A stretch of DNA of 52,578 bases from Candidatus Eiseniibacteriota bacterium (GTDB taxonomy: Bacteria; Arandabacterota; Arandabacteria; Arandabacterales; Arandabacteraceae), in contig JBDRNT010000099.1 in the NCBI GenBank assembly GCA_043810925.1, positions 1 through 52,578 of the forward strand. The letters are read 5' to 3'. The stretch's first letter is position 1. Each line of letters begins with the position of its first letter. A model generated the notes under the pieces. The model saw nothing but the letters and a program-made list of their open reading frames with translations. It searched no databases and had not been told where the DNA came from. Positions 37,006-46,791 of this stretch are shown one piece after another. The position numbers and the translations under genes are program-made.

Positions 37006-38780
37006 TTGGTGTAGACCGCCTCGAACTTGCAGCTGGAGATACACTGGCCGCATCTGACGCACTTGTCGTTGTCAATGGTATGCGGCTTCTTGCGTTCACC
37101 GGTGATGGCTTCCACCGAACACTTCTTAACACACAGCGTACAGCCCGTACACTTCTCCGGATCAATGTAGAAGTCGACCAGCGCGGTGCAACTCCCGGCC
37201 GGACAACGTTTTTCGTTTATGTGGGCTTCATACTCATCCCGGTAGTAACGGATCGTGGTCAGGGCCGGATTGGGTGCACTCTGACCCAGACCGCAGAGAC
37301 TCGCCTCGCGGACCTGCTGTCCGAATTCAACGAGGCCTTCAATATCGTCGGGTCGGCCCTCACCCGTGGTGATTCGCGTGAGGACCTCAAGCATCCTTCT
37401 GGTCCCGATCCGGCAGAATGTGCACCTGCCGCAGGATTCACTCTGCGTGAAATTCAGAAAGAACTTGGCGATCTCCACCATGCACGCCGTCTCGTCGAGC
37501 ACCACGAGACCGCCGGAGCCCATTATGGCACCCGTGGCAGGTATGGATTCGAAATCGACCGGTGTGTCATCCATTTCGGCAGGAATGCAACCACCCGACG
37601 GACCGCCCATCTGGACCGCCTTAAACCCCTTGCCCTGCTTAATGCCTCCACCGATCTTAAATACCAGGTCATGTATCGTGGTCCCCATCGGGACCTCAGC
37701 GAGGCCGCCACGCACCACCTTCCCTGCCAGCGCAAACACCTTGGTGCCCTTGCTTTTCTCCGTGCCGTAGGCCGCATATGCCTCCGCGCCATTAGTGATT
37801 ATCCACGGTACATTGGCAAAGGTCTCGACGTTGTTGTTGTTCGTGGGCTTGCCCCAGAGTCCTTTCTCGGCAGGGAAAGGCGGCCTGATTCTCGGCATAC
37901 CCCGCTTGCCTTCGATTGAAGCAAAGAGAGCTGTTTCCTCGCCGCACACAAAAGCGCCCGCCCCTTGCTTTATCTTGAGCTCGAAGTCAAACCCTGAACC
38001 TAAGATGTTCTTACCCAGGTAGCCCTTGCTTCTGGCGGCATCGATTGCAAGCGTGAGTCTGTGGATCGCCAGAGGATATTCAGCACGGCAGTAGATGTAA
38101 CCGAATGACGCACCGATCGCTCTCGCGCAGATCATCATTCCCTCAAGGACCGAGTGGGGGTCGCCTTCGAGCACGGACCGGTCCATGAAGGCACCCGGGT
38201 CGCCCTCGTCGGCGTTACAGACCACATACTTGATGTCGGACTCATTCTTTGCGGCAAAAGACCACTTAAGCCCCGTGGGGAAACCGGCACCACCGCGACC
38301 CCTGAGGCCCGAGTTCTTGATTTCCTCGATGATTTCGCCGGGTTTCATCTCGAGCAGTGACTTGCGAAGCGCCTCATAACCGCCGGCGGCCTCGTATTCG
38401 TTTATTGATTCGGGATTACACGTACCGCAGTTTCTTAAGACGATTCGCTTCTGAAGGCCGAGGTAGTCCGCTTCCGACCCGCCGCAGTCTCCACTGGAAT
38501 CGATGCTGTAGACGACATGTGCATCGAGCACTTCGCCACCGGCGATGTGGTGTTTGTATATCTCATCTGAAACCTCCGGAGTAACCTCGCCGTAGATCGT
38601 CCGGCAGCCGTTATCCCGGACCTCAACGAGCGGCTCGCGGTAGCACATGCCGATACATCCGGTGTGGGAGAGATCGAACGTGCCGGGGTTTTCCTTGAGG
38701 ATCTCGGCGAGTCTATCGTAAACGGTCTGAGCACCCGCCGAAAGACCGCACGTACCCATACCGACAATCACTCTCTTCAT
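37002..38780 (-). CDS. NuoF/HydB-like FMN/NADH subunit (BfuB type) with C-terminal ferredoxin domain
   Basis: GLRGRGGAGFPTG, NADEGDPGAFMDRS, GAGAFVCGEETAL, ESCGRCTFCR, two C-terminal 4Fe-4S motifs. Confidence 0.93.
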   Translation of the reverse strand: MKRVIVGMGTCGLSAGAQTVYDRLAEILKENPGTFDLSHTGCIGMCYREPLVEVRDNGCRTIYGEVTPEVSDEIYKHHIAGGEVLDAHVVYSIDSSGDCGGSEADYLGLQKRIVLRNCGTCNPESINEYEAAGGYEALRKSLLEMKPGEIIEEIKNSGLRGRGGAGFPTGLKWSFAAKNESDIKYVVCNADEGDPGAFMDRSVLEGDPHSVLEGMMICARAIGASFGYIYCRAEYPLAIHRLTLAIDAARSKGYLGKNILGSGFDFELKIKQGAGAFVCGEETALFASIEGKRGMPRIRPPFPAEKGLWGKPTNNNNVETFANVPWIITNGAEAYAAYGTEKSKGTKVFALAGKVVRGGLAEVPMGTTIHDLVFKIGGGIKQGKGFKAVQMGGPSGGCIPAEMDDTPVDFESIPATGAIMGSGGLVVLDETACMVEIAKFFLNFTQSESCGRCTFCRIGTRRMLEVLTRITTGEGRPDDIEGLVEFGQQVREASLCGLGQSAPNPALTTIRYYRDEYEAHINEKRCPAGSCTALVDFYIDPEKCTGCTLCVKKCSVEAITGERKKPHTIDNDKCVRCGQCISSCKFEAVYTK

Positions 38781-38801
38781 TGCACCGCTCCAGAGATCAC
38801 A

Positions 38802-39350
38802 TCACTCATGCAGTTTGGTTCCCCGATGCGTCTGCGCTTCATCATCACACGTTACCACGGATTCTTCTCTCCGGATCTCCTCCTCGGCGCGTTTGTACTT
38901 CCGGATGATCTTTCTAACCGAGGCAGGATCAAGTCTGCCATGGGTTTCATCGTTTATCATGATCACGGGGGCCAGCGAGCAGCATCCGATACATGCAACA
39001 GTATTCAGCGTGAAGAGTCCGTCCTCGGTGGTGTCGCCCACCTCGATACCGAGCTCGTCTTGGACAGTCTCGATGATCATCTTGGCTCCCGACACGTGAC
39101 AGGCCGTCCCGGCACACACCCGGACCAGGTACTTGCCCATGGGCTGAAGCCGGAACTGGCTATAGAAAGTTATGACACCGTAGACATCGGATTCCGGGAT
39201 TCCGGTCACACTGGAGATGTAGCTTATGGCCCTGCGGGGTACGTATCCGAAATGATCCTGGGCCGACTGCAGGAGCGGGATGAGCTCACCCTGGGCGCCA
39301 TCATATCTCCACAGCCGGTAGGTGAATCCATCAGTGTCTTTGGCCGCCAT
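38802..39350 (-). CDS. NuoE/HydC-like [2Fe-2S] subunit
   Basis: VITFYSQF, VCAGTACHVSG, ACIGCCSLAPV; start taken at ATG 39350 after GGAG. Confidence 0.92.
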   Translation of the reverse strand: MAAKDTDGFTYRLWRYDGAQGELIPLLQSAQDHFGYVPRRAISYISSVTGIPESDVYGVITFYSQFRLQPMGKYLVRVCAGTACHVSGAKMIIETVQDELGIEVGDTTEDGLFTLNTVACIGCCSLAPVIMINDETHGRLDPASVRKIIRKYKRAEEEIRREESVVTCDDEAQTHRGTKLHE

Positions 39351-39456
39351 CTCGTGACTCCACCTGTTGCCACCGGCTGAGCCCGGCAAAACTTCGGCTG
39401 CGCCGAGAGTTTCCTGTCACGCAGCCTGGTCGTTACCCGTGTCTTAGTAGGTATAC

Positions 39457-40455
39457 TCAGTCTTCAAGCAGTTTTATGACGGTTGCCTCGCGTACCCTGA
39501 GGACGCCATCGATCTCATTGAGTCTTTCGAGGATCGTGGACTTCCGGCCGACCCCCTCGCTGGTGATCATGCCTACCAGTTTCTTTCCATCCTCAATAAC
39601 GTCGCAGAAGATCACTTCGTCGATGAAGAAGACCGTCGTGAAAATCTGCTGAATAGTATTAGGGTCGATATCAACGATGATGTAGCTCATCGTTCCGGGC
39701 TGCTTCCCCGACTTGAGCTGGGCCGGTTGTTTCATGGCCTGGGAATACACGTTGACGAACTGGTCCACATCCCGGTCCAGCTTGGGTCTCTCAACAGGGG
39801 AGAGGGATGCGATCTCAACGCCATCCATCTTGCCGATGTTGTCGAACAACGTCTTGATACCATCCTGAGAAGCGGCCTGGGCTAGAATGATTATGTCGAA
39901 GTCACCGCGGACAGCTTCGCATTTCTGCACGCCATCCATGTTGTAGAGATCGTTATAGATCTCCATGCTGCGTGAGGGTTCGGTGATTCTTATGGTCAGA
40001 TAGGCACTGACGGATTCGCGCAGACCCGCATCAGCGGGCGCGGCCTCGGCAGTCGCCGCGGCTTCCTTGGTCGAGCCGGGCGAGAGATCCTCTAGGGCGG
40101 TCACTAGATCAGAAATCTCAAACGGTTTGTCGAGATACCCGGTGTTGTGCTCCGAAAGCGCAGTCATCTTGAGCGACTCGTCTCCGAAGCCGGTGATCAC
40201 CAGCACCGGAAGATCGGGGTACTGGATCTTGATCACCTTGAGAATCTTAAGCCCGTCGATATCGGGCATGAAGATGTCGGTCACCAGGTAATCGTAAGCA
40301 ATTCCCTTTTCCCGGGAGCTATCCAGCTCATGAATCGCTGAAATCCCATCAGGGCAGGCAACGGCACTGTAGCCTTCCTGGGTAAGTCCGACGGTCAGAT
40401 TCCTTCGAATCTCCGCCTCGTCATCGATAATCAGGACACGCCCCTTCACCATCAT
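39457..40455 (-). CDS. Response regulator with Lrp/AsnC-type ligand-binding-like output domains
   Basis: REC (IIDDE, TDIFMPDIDG, KPF); C-terminal DGVQKCEAVRGDFDIII...DGVE and a second ferredoxin-like repeat. Confidence 0.82.
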   Translation of the reverse strand: MMVKGRVLIIDDEAEIRRNLTVGLTQEGYSAVACPDGISAIHELDSSREKGIAYDYLVTDIFMPDIDGLKILKVIKIQYPDLPVLVITGFGDESLKMTALSEHNTGYLDKPFEISDLVTALEDLSPGSTKEAAATAEAAPADAGLRESVSAYLTIRITEPSRSMEIYNDLYNMDGVQKCEAVRGDFDIIILAQAASQDGIKTLFDNIGKMDGVEIASLSPVERPKLDRDVDQFVNVYSQAMKQPAQLKSGKQPGTMSYIIVDIDPNTIQQIFTTVFFIDEVIFCDVIEDGKKLVGMITSEGVGRKSTILERLNEIDGVLRVREATVIKLLED

Positions 40456-40514
40456 CCTCCTGTCTGACCAGAGACCATGAAATATGCGGCCGACACTACC
40501 AAACCATCCTAAGA

Positions 40515-40543
40515 AGGATAGTGACTGAGCACCCCCATGTCAA
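40515..40543 (-). promoter_or_regulatory. Sigma-70 promoter of the regulator/oxidoreductase operon
   Basis: TTGACA-N17-TATCCT on the minus strand, 60 nt upstream of the first gene. Confidence 0.7.
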
Positions 40544-40560
40544 ACGAATTTGGGGTATCA

Positions 40561-40648
40561 GAATTCGGTGACAGTTTACGAGTTACTGCATCGCGCGGGC
40601 GGCGGCAAACCAGCCAAGGACGAGGAATTTCCAAACTGTCACCGAATT
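40561..40648. repeat. AATTCGGTGACAGTTT inverted repeat pair
   Basis: 40562-40577 and 40633-40648 are perfect 16-bp inverted copies; 40561-40579 is identical to 29939-29957. Confidence 0.8.
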
Positions 40649-40653
40649 AGGTT

Positions 40654-43317
40654 CTATCTCGATACGACGACCTTACGCGTCATGGTATCCGGACCGAGGC
40701 GTAGCCTCAGGAAGTATAAACCCGTACCCACCTTGCCGTCGTTCTGCCAGTCGACCTCGTGATAACCTGCCGGGTAGTCTTCCCTCACGAGGCTTACGGC
40801 CAACCGCCCTGACACATCGTACACGTCAATTCTAACAGTGCCATCCCGCGGCAACCCGAACCTTATTACGGCATGCTCACTGAACGGGTTAGGGCTTGTA
40901 CCGGTTATCACGAGGCTGGACGGTATTTCCGGTTCCGGCACCGTACCAGCGGTCGGATCATAAATCTCAAAGTCGGCATCACAGGCATCATCCCCGCTAT
41001 TGCCCCCATCGTCGTACGCGATCACCTTGATGCGAGCGTTCAGTGTCGCCCCGGCACCCACGTTCCAGGTGTGGAGGCCATCATTGGTTTCACCTGTGGC
41101 TATAGTGTCAGGATAAGTCAGACCGCCGTCACCTGAGAACACGATGGTTATAGAGGCCACCGCGATGTTATCAGTCGCCGTCCAGGTGATGTCGTATGCC
41201 TGGCCGATATCCCATGTCTCGCCGCCATTGGGCTGCGTCACCGTGACGACAGGGTCCTCACCGTCAGCTATGGTGAAGTTGCCGTTGCTCACGTCCTCGC
41301 CACTGTTGGTGGCTGCATCATAGGCTATCACCTTCACCCTGGCCTGTGTTGTGGGTGACACATCCACCTGCCATGAACAGGTGCCATCGTTGGTTTCACC
41401 TGTGGCTATAGTGTGGGGATATGTCGCCCCTCCATCACTTGACAGCAGTATGTCTATCGAGGTAACACCGATGTTGTCACTCGCACTCCAGGTAATATCG
41501 AAGAAGCTGTCAATGTCCCATGTCTCGCCGCCATTGGGCTGCGTCACCGTGACGACAGGGTCCTCACCGTCAGCTATGGTGAAGTTGCCGTTGCTCACGT
41601 CCTCGCCACTGTTGGTGGCTGCATCATAGGCTATCACCTTCACCCTGGCCTGCGTTGTGGGTGACACATCCACCTGCCATGAACAGGTACCATCGTTGGT
41701 TTCACCTGTGGCTATGGTATGCGGATATGTAGCCCCTCCATCGCTTGACAGCAGTATGTCTATCGAGGTGACACCGACATCGTCGTCTGCCGTCCAGGTG
41801 ATGTCGAAGAAGCTATCAATGTGCCAGATCTCTCCACCGTTAGGTTGGGTCACCGTCACGGTCGGCGGGTCCGATGAACCCGGAGTGAGTGTGACGGTCA
41901 CGGTCTGGGAGGAGGTCGGAAGGATGTCGACCGCGACGTAGTAGACCGCGTACAGCCCGGAGTAATCGATCTGAAGCAGCGCTCCACCCGTAACATCCAC
42001 AGTCCCGACCTCATTCGGCATCACAAATCGAAGTTGCCCGTGTTCAAACCGTTCATCGATGTCGTTGGTGATATCGGCGGTGACCGTGTAATTCGTTCCA
42101 TCGTTGGCCGGTGAGTAAGCGACTTCGAGGTTGCTGCCACCCGATCCGGCAGAAACGGTGGATGTCGGGCTGAGAGATCCACTCGAAACTCGGATCAGAC
42201 GATAGGACCGCGCACCGTCGCAGGCATTGTCGGTACCGATATCATAGGGGTGCGAGAAATCGTCATAATCCCTGTGGTTGTGACCCCAGAGTGCCATGTC
42301 GGCACCGAGACTGTTCAGGTTGATTTGGTCTGAGAAGTCGGAGTGGTAGAAAAGCACCTGAGCGGCACTGCCTGAAGAGGCCGTCATTTCATTATCAAGC
42401 CAGTCCATCTGACCCGGAGTGAAGCTGTCACTACCATAGATCCCCGGTCGCCAATTATCGTAATTGTTGTAGGCCTCCAACCCTATGTAGTGCACCGGCC
42501 CATAGTCGAAGCTGTAGTTCTGGGTATACCAGGGTGCACCCGGAGGGGGACTGTCACAGCGTTTCCATCCGAAGAAGCGCCACCAGGTCTGCCGGGCCGT
42601 ACCATCCGGTGGTGGTGTATCGTCCCAGCCTCCGATATCGTGATTGCCCGAAGTCAGGTAAACCGGCACATCGAATTCCGTGAGCAGACGTTGGGTCCTG
42701 CTGAAATAGCGCTTGTTAAGGTAATCCTCAAGCTCGCCCTCGTTGATGAAGTCACCTGTTAAGAGCACGAACTCCGGGTTGATGATATTGACATCGTGAA
42801 TTATCTCCCGCATGTCGACCACTTCGGACGAGTCGGTGTCGGCCCCATCCTCATAATAGTAAAGATGGGTCGGCATGTGGGGATCCGTGATGTGGACGAA
42901 GTAGTAGTCCTCTTTGAATGCCGGGATTACCCGCACAGCACTCCAGGTTGTGTCATCAACTCCTCCGCTCGCCGTGACTGCAAGGTCATAGAGATCATAG
43001 ACAGGGACTGTCGGGACAAGTGCCTCGACCTCCCACCACAGGGTCGAAGGATCGTAGGTTGAGGAAAACACAGTCATGGAGATCTGAATCCCATCACGCT
43101 GGAGCTCGGCTGCCCAGCCGGAAGTTGCCGGACTTGCCTCACACTCGATCGTGAGCGTGTTCCCCTCCGTTACGATGGAAGGAATGTTGAGTAACGGACG
43201 CTGGATTACCGTAAGTGTATCGCCAAGCGGTATCGCACCCGCCGGACCGGCTATCACCAGCATCAGGGCCACGCCCGCCCAAAAAGCAAAAAAGACCGTA
43301 TTCGGTCGATTGTGCAT
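40654..43317 (-). CDS. Secreted calcineurin-like metallophosphoesterase with three PNGGE Ig-like repeats and a FlgD-like C-terminal domain
   Basis: Signal peptide; HITDPH, TGDF, SGNHD, GHNH; SPNPF...IRFGLP...YDVSGR...W...G.YF C-terminal domain; ATG 43317 after AGGAG. Confidence 0.9.
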   Translation of the reverse strand: MHNRPNTVFFAFWAGVALMLVIAGPAGAIPLGDTLTVIQRPLLNIPSIVTEGNTLTIECEASPATSGWAAELQRDGIQISMTVFSSTYDPSTLWWEVEALVPTVPVYDLYDLAVTASGGVDDTTWSAVRVIPAFKEDYYFVHITDPHMPTHLYYYEDGADTDSSEVVDMREIIHDVNIINPEFVLLTGDFINEGELEDYLNKRYFSRTQRLLTEFDVPVYLTSGNHDIGGWDDTPPPDGTARQTWWRFFGWKRCDSPPPGAPWYTQNYSFDYGPVHYIGLEAYNNYDNWRPGIYGSDSFTPGQMDWLDNEMTASSGSAAQVLFYHSDFSDQINLNSLGADMALWGHNHRDYDDFSHPYDIGTDNACDGARSYRLIRVSSGSLSPTSTVSAGSGGSNLEVAYSPANDGTNYTVTADITNDIDERFEHGQLRFVMPNEVGTVDVTGGALLQIDYSGLYAVYYVAVDILPTSSQTVTVTLTPGSSDPPTVTVTQPNGGEIWHIDSFFDITWTADDDVGVTSIDILLSSDGGATYPHTIATGETNDGTCSWQVDVSPTTQARVKVIAYDAATNSGEDVSNGNFTIADGEDPVVTVTQPNGGETWDIDSFFDITWSASDNIGVTSIDILLSSDGGATYPHTIATGETNDGTCSWQVDVSPTTQARVKVIAYDAATNSGEDVSNGNFTIADGEDPVVTVTQPNGGETWDIGQAYDITWTATDNIAVASITIVFSGDGGLTYPDTIATGETNDGLHTWNVGAGATLNARIKVIAYDDGGNSGDDACDADFEIYDPTAGTVPEPEIPSSLVITGTSPNPFSEHAVIRFGLPRDGTVRIDVYDVSGRLAVSLVREDYPAGYHEVDWQNDGKVGTGLYFLRLRLGPDTMTRKVVVSR
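40955..41875 (-). repeat. Three 306-bp (102-aa) tandem repeats, same family as 1..684
   Basis: Period 306 (mirror ORFs at 41351 and 41657); VTVTQPNGGETW.IDSFFDITW...SSDGGATYPHTIATGE; boundaries approximate. Confidence 0.92.
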
Positions 43318-43369
43318 CGCATTCACTCCTGTTTTGCCAACGCCAAAGTTGTTGAGATTTAACATGCCA

Positions 43370-43399
43370 ATTATACCATACATTATGAGTCCACTGCAA
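43370..43399 (-). promoter_or_regulatory. Sigma-70 promoter of the metallophosphoesterase gene
   Basis: TTGCAG-N18-TATAAT with extended TG (TGGTATAAT). Confidence 0.6.
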
Positions 43400-43695
43400 G
43401 CCAATTGGTTGAGGACCCGCTCGGCCGATAGGCCGCACGCATACGCATCTGGCCTATTTTGGATACAGCTGGTGGGAGGGGGAGAGCATCAAGCCGTGTC
43501 CGACACCGGTCCAGATTCTTTTGAGAGGTACTATCCCTTTATTTGATATTGGGTTATGCTTGTGATACCGGCTGGCGGAATCCTGGTACTCCGCTCTGTC
43601 TCTGTGGCATGTGCCTTGCTCTACAAAGCGGGAGGGAATAAAGTGAGGAATGACAGGACCGGATATCGTGAGGCAGTGCCCACGGGAGGAGATTT

Positions 43696-44541
43696 GTGAG
43701 GTTGTTGAGAATCAAGGTGCTAACGGCACTGGCCCTCGCGGTCTTCACACTCGCTGCCCATGCAATGGGACCGGATACCGGCAATCCGGCTGCATCTGCC
43801 CGGATGACGCCTAACCCCCGGTACTTCAAACATTGCTTTTCGGATGCCGGTTACATGCTCACCCGGCCGCTGTCCTGGGGTGCGTCGGACTGGCTCAAGT
43901 TCTCACTTGTAGTCGGCGTCACTGCTACGTTGGCGGATGAAGACGAGGATATTCAAGTTTGGGTTGAGACGAGGCGAAATGCCGGCACCGCACGTGTTGC
44001 CGGGGTCGCCAAGTCTTTCGGAGATGGAACATACATCGTACCCGCATTTGGTGCGCTCTACTGCTTCGGCTATCTCTCCGGCAGCGGACGTGCCCGCCGA
44101 ACAGCCCTCCTGGGCCTTGAGAGCCTCGCAATTGCAGGTGTCTTCACCGAGGTCATCAAACACACGGCCCACAAGCACCGTCCTGTATACGGTGGTGTGG
44201 AGGAGGTGGCCTGGGACGGACCTAGCTTCTCGCGGGTACACCGCTCCTTTCCTTCAGGCCACTCCGCGGCAGCATTCGCCGCAGCGACCGTTGTGGCTTC
44301 GGAGTACGGGAACTACGCTTTCGTGACGCCGCTTATGTACAGTGCTGCCACTCTGTGTGCACTGTCAAGAATGCATGACGATGCGCATTGGTTATCCGAC
44401 ATCGTAATCGGTTCCCTCATCGGTCACCTGGTAGCCAGAACGGTCGTTGATCTCAACGGCGGCCCCTCAGGCGGAGGTTTAAGTCTCACACCGGTCATGC
44501 GTGAAAGAGGTGTAGGTGTATCGATGTCCTACAGGTTCTAA
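43696..44541 (+). CDS. PAP2 family phosphatase
   Basis: KHTAHKHRP, SFPSGHS, SRMHDDAHWLSD motifs. Confidence 0.9.
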   Translation: MRLLRIKVLTALALAVFTLAAHAMGPDTGNPAASARMTPNPRYFKHCFSDAGYMLTRPLSWGASDWLKFSLVVGVTATLADEDEDIQVWVETRRNAGTARVAGVAKSFGDGTYIVPAFGALYCFGYLSGSGRARRTALLGLESLAIAGVFTEVIKHTAHKHRPVYGGVEEVAWDGPSFSRVHRSFPSGHSAAAFAAATVVASEYGNYAFVTPLMYSAATLCALSRMHDDAHWLSDIVIGSLIGHLVARTVVDLNGGPSGGGLSLTPVMRERGVGVSMSYRF

Positions 44542-44550
44542 ACCTCTAGT

Positions 44551-46692
44551 CTATTCCCCTTCGGCGTACCAGAAGCTCACACGAAGACCGGCATCACCTG
44601 TGCAGGAGTAGGAGACGATCTCCGACCAGGTCCCGCTCGCATCATGGCTCAGCCTGCGCCAAAATGCCGGGATAGCCGGGCAGACCGCGGTCCCCACCAG
44701 CTCACAAGACATGTAGGGATTGGGAACCGTGCCGGAGGTCTCGAAGAGGACACGCCCCCCAACGATGCTGTCCGTATGAACCCAGCCGGTGCTCAGCACG
44801 TTCTGAACAGCCGCACGGAAACTTACGACGTCACTCGTAGCGGGATCGATGGTGATCGAGAGACTCCCCGAGCTCGTCCCGCTACCCGGAATCGACCTGC
44901 CGCTCCAAATGGCGTTGAAGGTACTGCCATTCCAGGTGCCCTTGCCTTCCCACAATGAGTCCCACCAGTCCTCATCCCACTCGTTGTCGTTGTTGTCCCT
45001 GAAATGAACATTGAGATGGCTGGGGTTTATGCTTGCCCAGTTGTAGGGGGGTGGTTCGGTGACACTGCACCAGACCTGGGTGAGTACATCCTGATTGTAG
45101 GGTTTGTCATAGTAACTCACAGCATTGACGGCAATGATGTCATGACCCGATATGGTTAAGTCCTTGATATCTCTTACGGTTACAATGTTGCCCGAGCCGA
45201 GGAACTCGAGTTCTCCGTCCTTGGTCTTATACACCAGCAGGGTGAGATAGTCGTCGTTTACATCATACCCCTTCACTCCCAGTATCAGGCCCGCATCCTC
45301 CGAGATCAGCGGATAGTCCAGCTTAATTCGGTGAAGCCAGGCCGAGAGCTGGGGTCTGTTCTTAAAGAAGATCCGCGCGGTGTCGGAGGCGGAGCTTATC
45401 TCGAACTTGTCGGTACTCATTATCTCCGATAGCAGCAGCGAACTCTCGACCCCGTAGTACTGTCCCGTGACATAGTTGCCCACGAATTCAGGCCACCAGT
45501 TGTAGGCCGGATCGGGCAGCGCCTCCAGAAGCTCATCGATGGGGTCGGCCTCTTCAGTCTGCATGGCAATGTAGATATCTCCGATCATGCCGTAGCCGTA
45601 TCTTCCCGTGAGGTACCTGAGAACCGGAGACCAGCCTCTGCCGTAGTCGGCCATTTGAAGCTCCGGTATGCCGACCGGAAGCCCCTGCAGGGTATAACTC
45701 TCGTTCCCCGCGAAACTCAAGGGCCGGACGAAGTGCCCCGGTGCGGTGAACTTTTCATCCAGCCATGAGACCACGGCGGCATTCCAGGGAAGACTGTTGC
45801 TTCTTGTCAGTGCCCCCATATCCGGTGTGGCCTGGGCCGCGAAGACCATCGCCTCTCCCAGCCTGACCCTCAGTTCAGGTAAGCCGTCATCGGTCACGGA
45901 TTCGCTCTTTACGCTGACGTGGAAGCCCCGATCCTTGTCCATATAAAACCCGACAGGTTGCTTCGCGAGAGAGCTTCTGATTACAACCTGGCCGGGCCAC
46001 TTCCAGACTTTCCGCTCATAGCCTATTCCTACGGTTTCAACCGTATCGAGCGCCGCCTCCATATACTCGGCGAGATCATCGACATACCCGTAGAGACTCA
46101 CCGGATAAACAAACACGAAGTGCTCGGACGTACCCTTCATCTCTACGTCCTTGAGTGCGGCGAGGTAGTTCTTCCTGGAGCCAGCTTGTGCCGGCAAGAT
46201 TGTAGTCCGGTTGTGAGAGACTATGCCGGTTCCCGGAATCACGGCTTCGAGGAAACCCGAGACTTCCGTCGCGGTGTGGAACTCGAAGACCGGGTCATCG
46301 TAAGTTTCAAGATCGGTATCACTGAACTCCATCATCTCGCCGACGGCCATCAGGAGGCCCTCCCCGACCGTACCCACGTAGCCCATCCTGACTGTAAGAG
46401 ACTCGGCGAAGGAGGCCGGCAGGCCCTCAAGCCGGAAGAAGCGCGACACACAGTTAGCGCCGAAACCGTGATCCTCTGCGGCTTCGAAAAGCTTAAGATC
46501 GGTGTCAGAACTGAATGCACCGGCGGGAACGGTCATCACGAAGTCATCTATTTCAAGGGTTCCACCGTCCGGACCGATTGTCGCCGTTGCCTCCGGGGTT
46601 TCAACAGGGGTATCAGTCGAGGTGGGCGAATCGCCACCACACCCACAGAGTAACAGGACTACGACAACAAGAACCGGCAGGATACGTTTCAT
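44551..46692 (-). CDS. Large hypothetical lipoprotein with an N-terminal ZU5-like domain
   Basis: Lipobox LLCGC; ATIGPDGGTL...MTVPAGAF; SD GGAGGGGAGAGG. Confidence 0.75.
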   Translation of the reverse strand: MKRILPVLVVVVLLLCGCGGDSPTSTDTPVETPEATATIGPDGGTLEIDDFVMTVPAGAFSSDTDLKLFEAAEDHGFGANCVSRFFRLEGLPASFAESLTVRMGYVGTVGEGLLMAVGEMMEFSDTDLETYDDPVFEFHTATEVSGFLEAVIPGTGIVSHNRTTILPAQAGSRKNYLAALKDVEMKGTSEHFVFVYPVSLYGYVDDLAEYMEAALDTVETVGIGYERKVWKWPGQVVIRSSLAKQPVGFYMDKDRGFHVSVKSESVTDDGLPELRVRLGEAMVFAAQATPDMGALTRSNSLPWNAAVVSWLDEKFTAPGHFVRPLSFAGNESYTLQGLPVGIPELQMADYGRGWSPVLRYLTGRYGYGMIGDIYIAMQTEEADPIDELLEALPDPAYNWWPEFVGNYVTGQYYGVESSLLLSEIMSTDKFEISSASDTARIFFKNRPQLSAWLHRIKLDYPLISEDAGLILGVKGYDVNDDYLTLLVYKTKDGELEFLGSGNIVTVRDIKDLTISGHDIIAVNAVSYYDKPYNQDVLTQVWCSVTEPPPYNWASINPSHLNVHFRDNNDNEWDEDWWDSLWEGKGTWNGSTFNAIWSGRSIPGSGTSSGSLSITIDPATSDVVSFRAAVQNVLSTGWVHTDSIVGGRVLFETSGTVPNPYMSCELVGTAVCPAIPAFWRRLSHDASGTWSEIVSYSCTGDAGLRVSFWYAEGE

Positions 46693-46791
46693 GACCTCTC
46701 CCCTCCGGAATCAGGTGTGCTTGTACAGTGTTACTTCGCTCCCCCCAGAGGGGGTGTCACACTTGAATGATAGACCGGCGCGGTCCGTAGG

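Noticed and set aside
38778-38804. Read-through fusion of the NuoE-like and NuoF-like genes (TGA-TGT, in frame)
   Set aside because: The TGA lies in a non-conserved tail, there is no convincing hairpin, and the downstream gene has its own GGAG SD.
33361-39350. Respiratory complex I, formate dehydrogenase or [FeFe]-hydrogenase
   Set aside because: No membrane Nuo subunits, no Cys/Sec Mo ligand and no H-cluster motifs.
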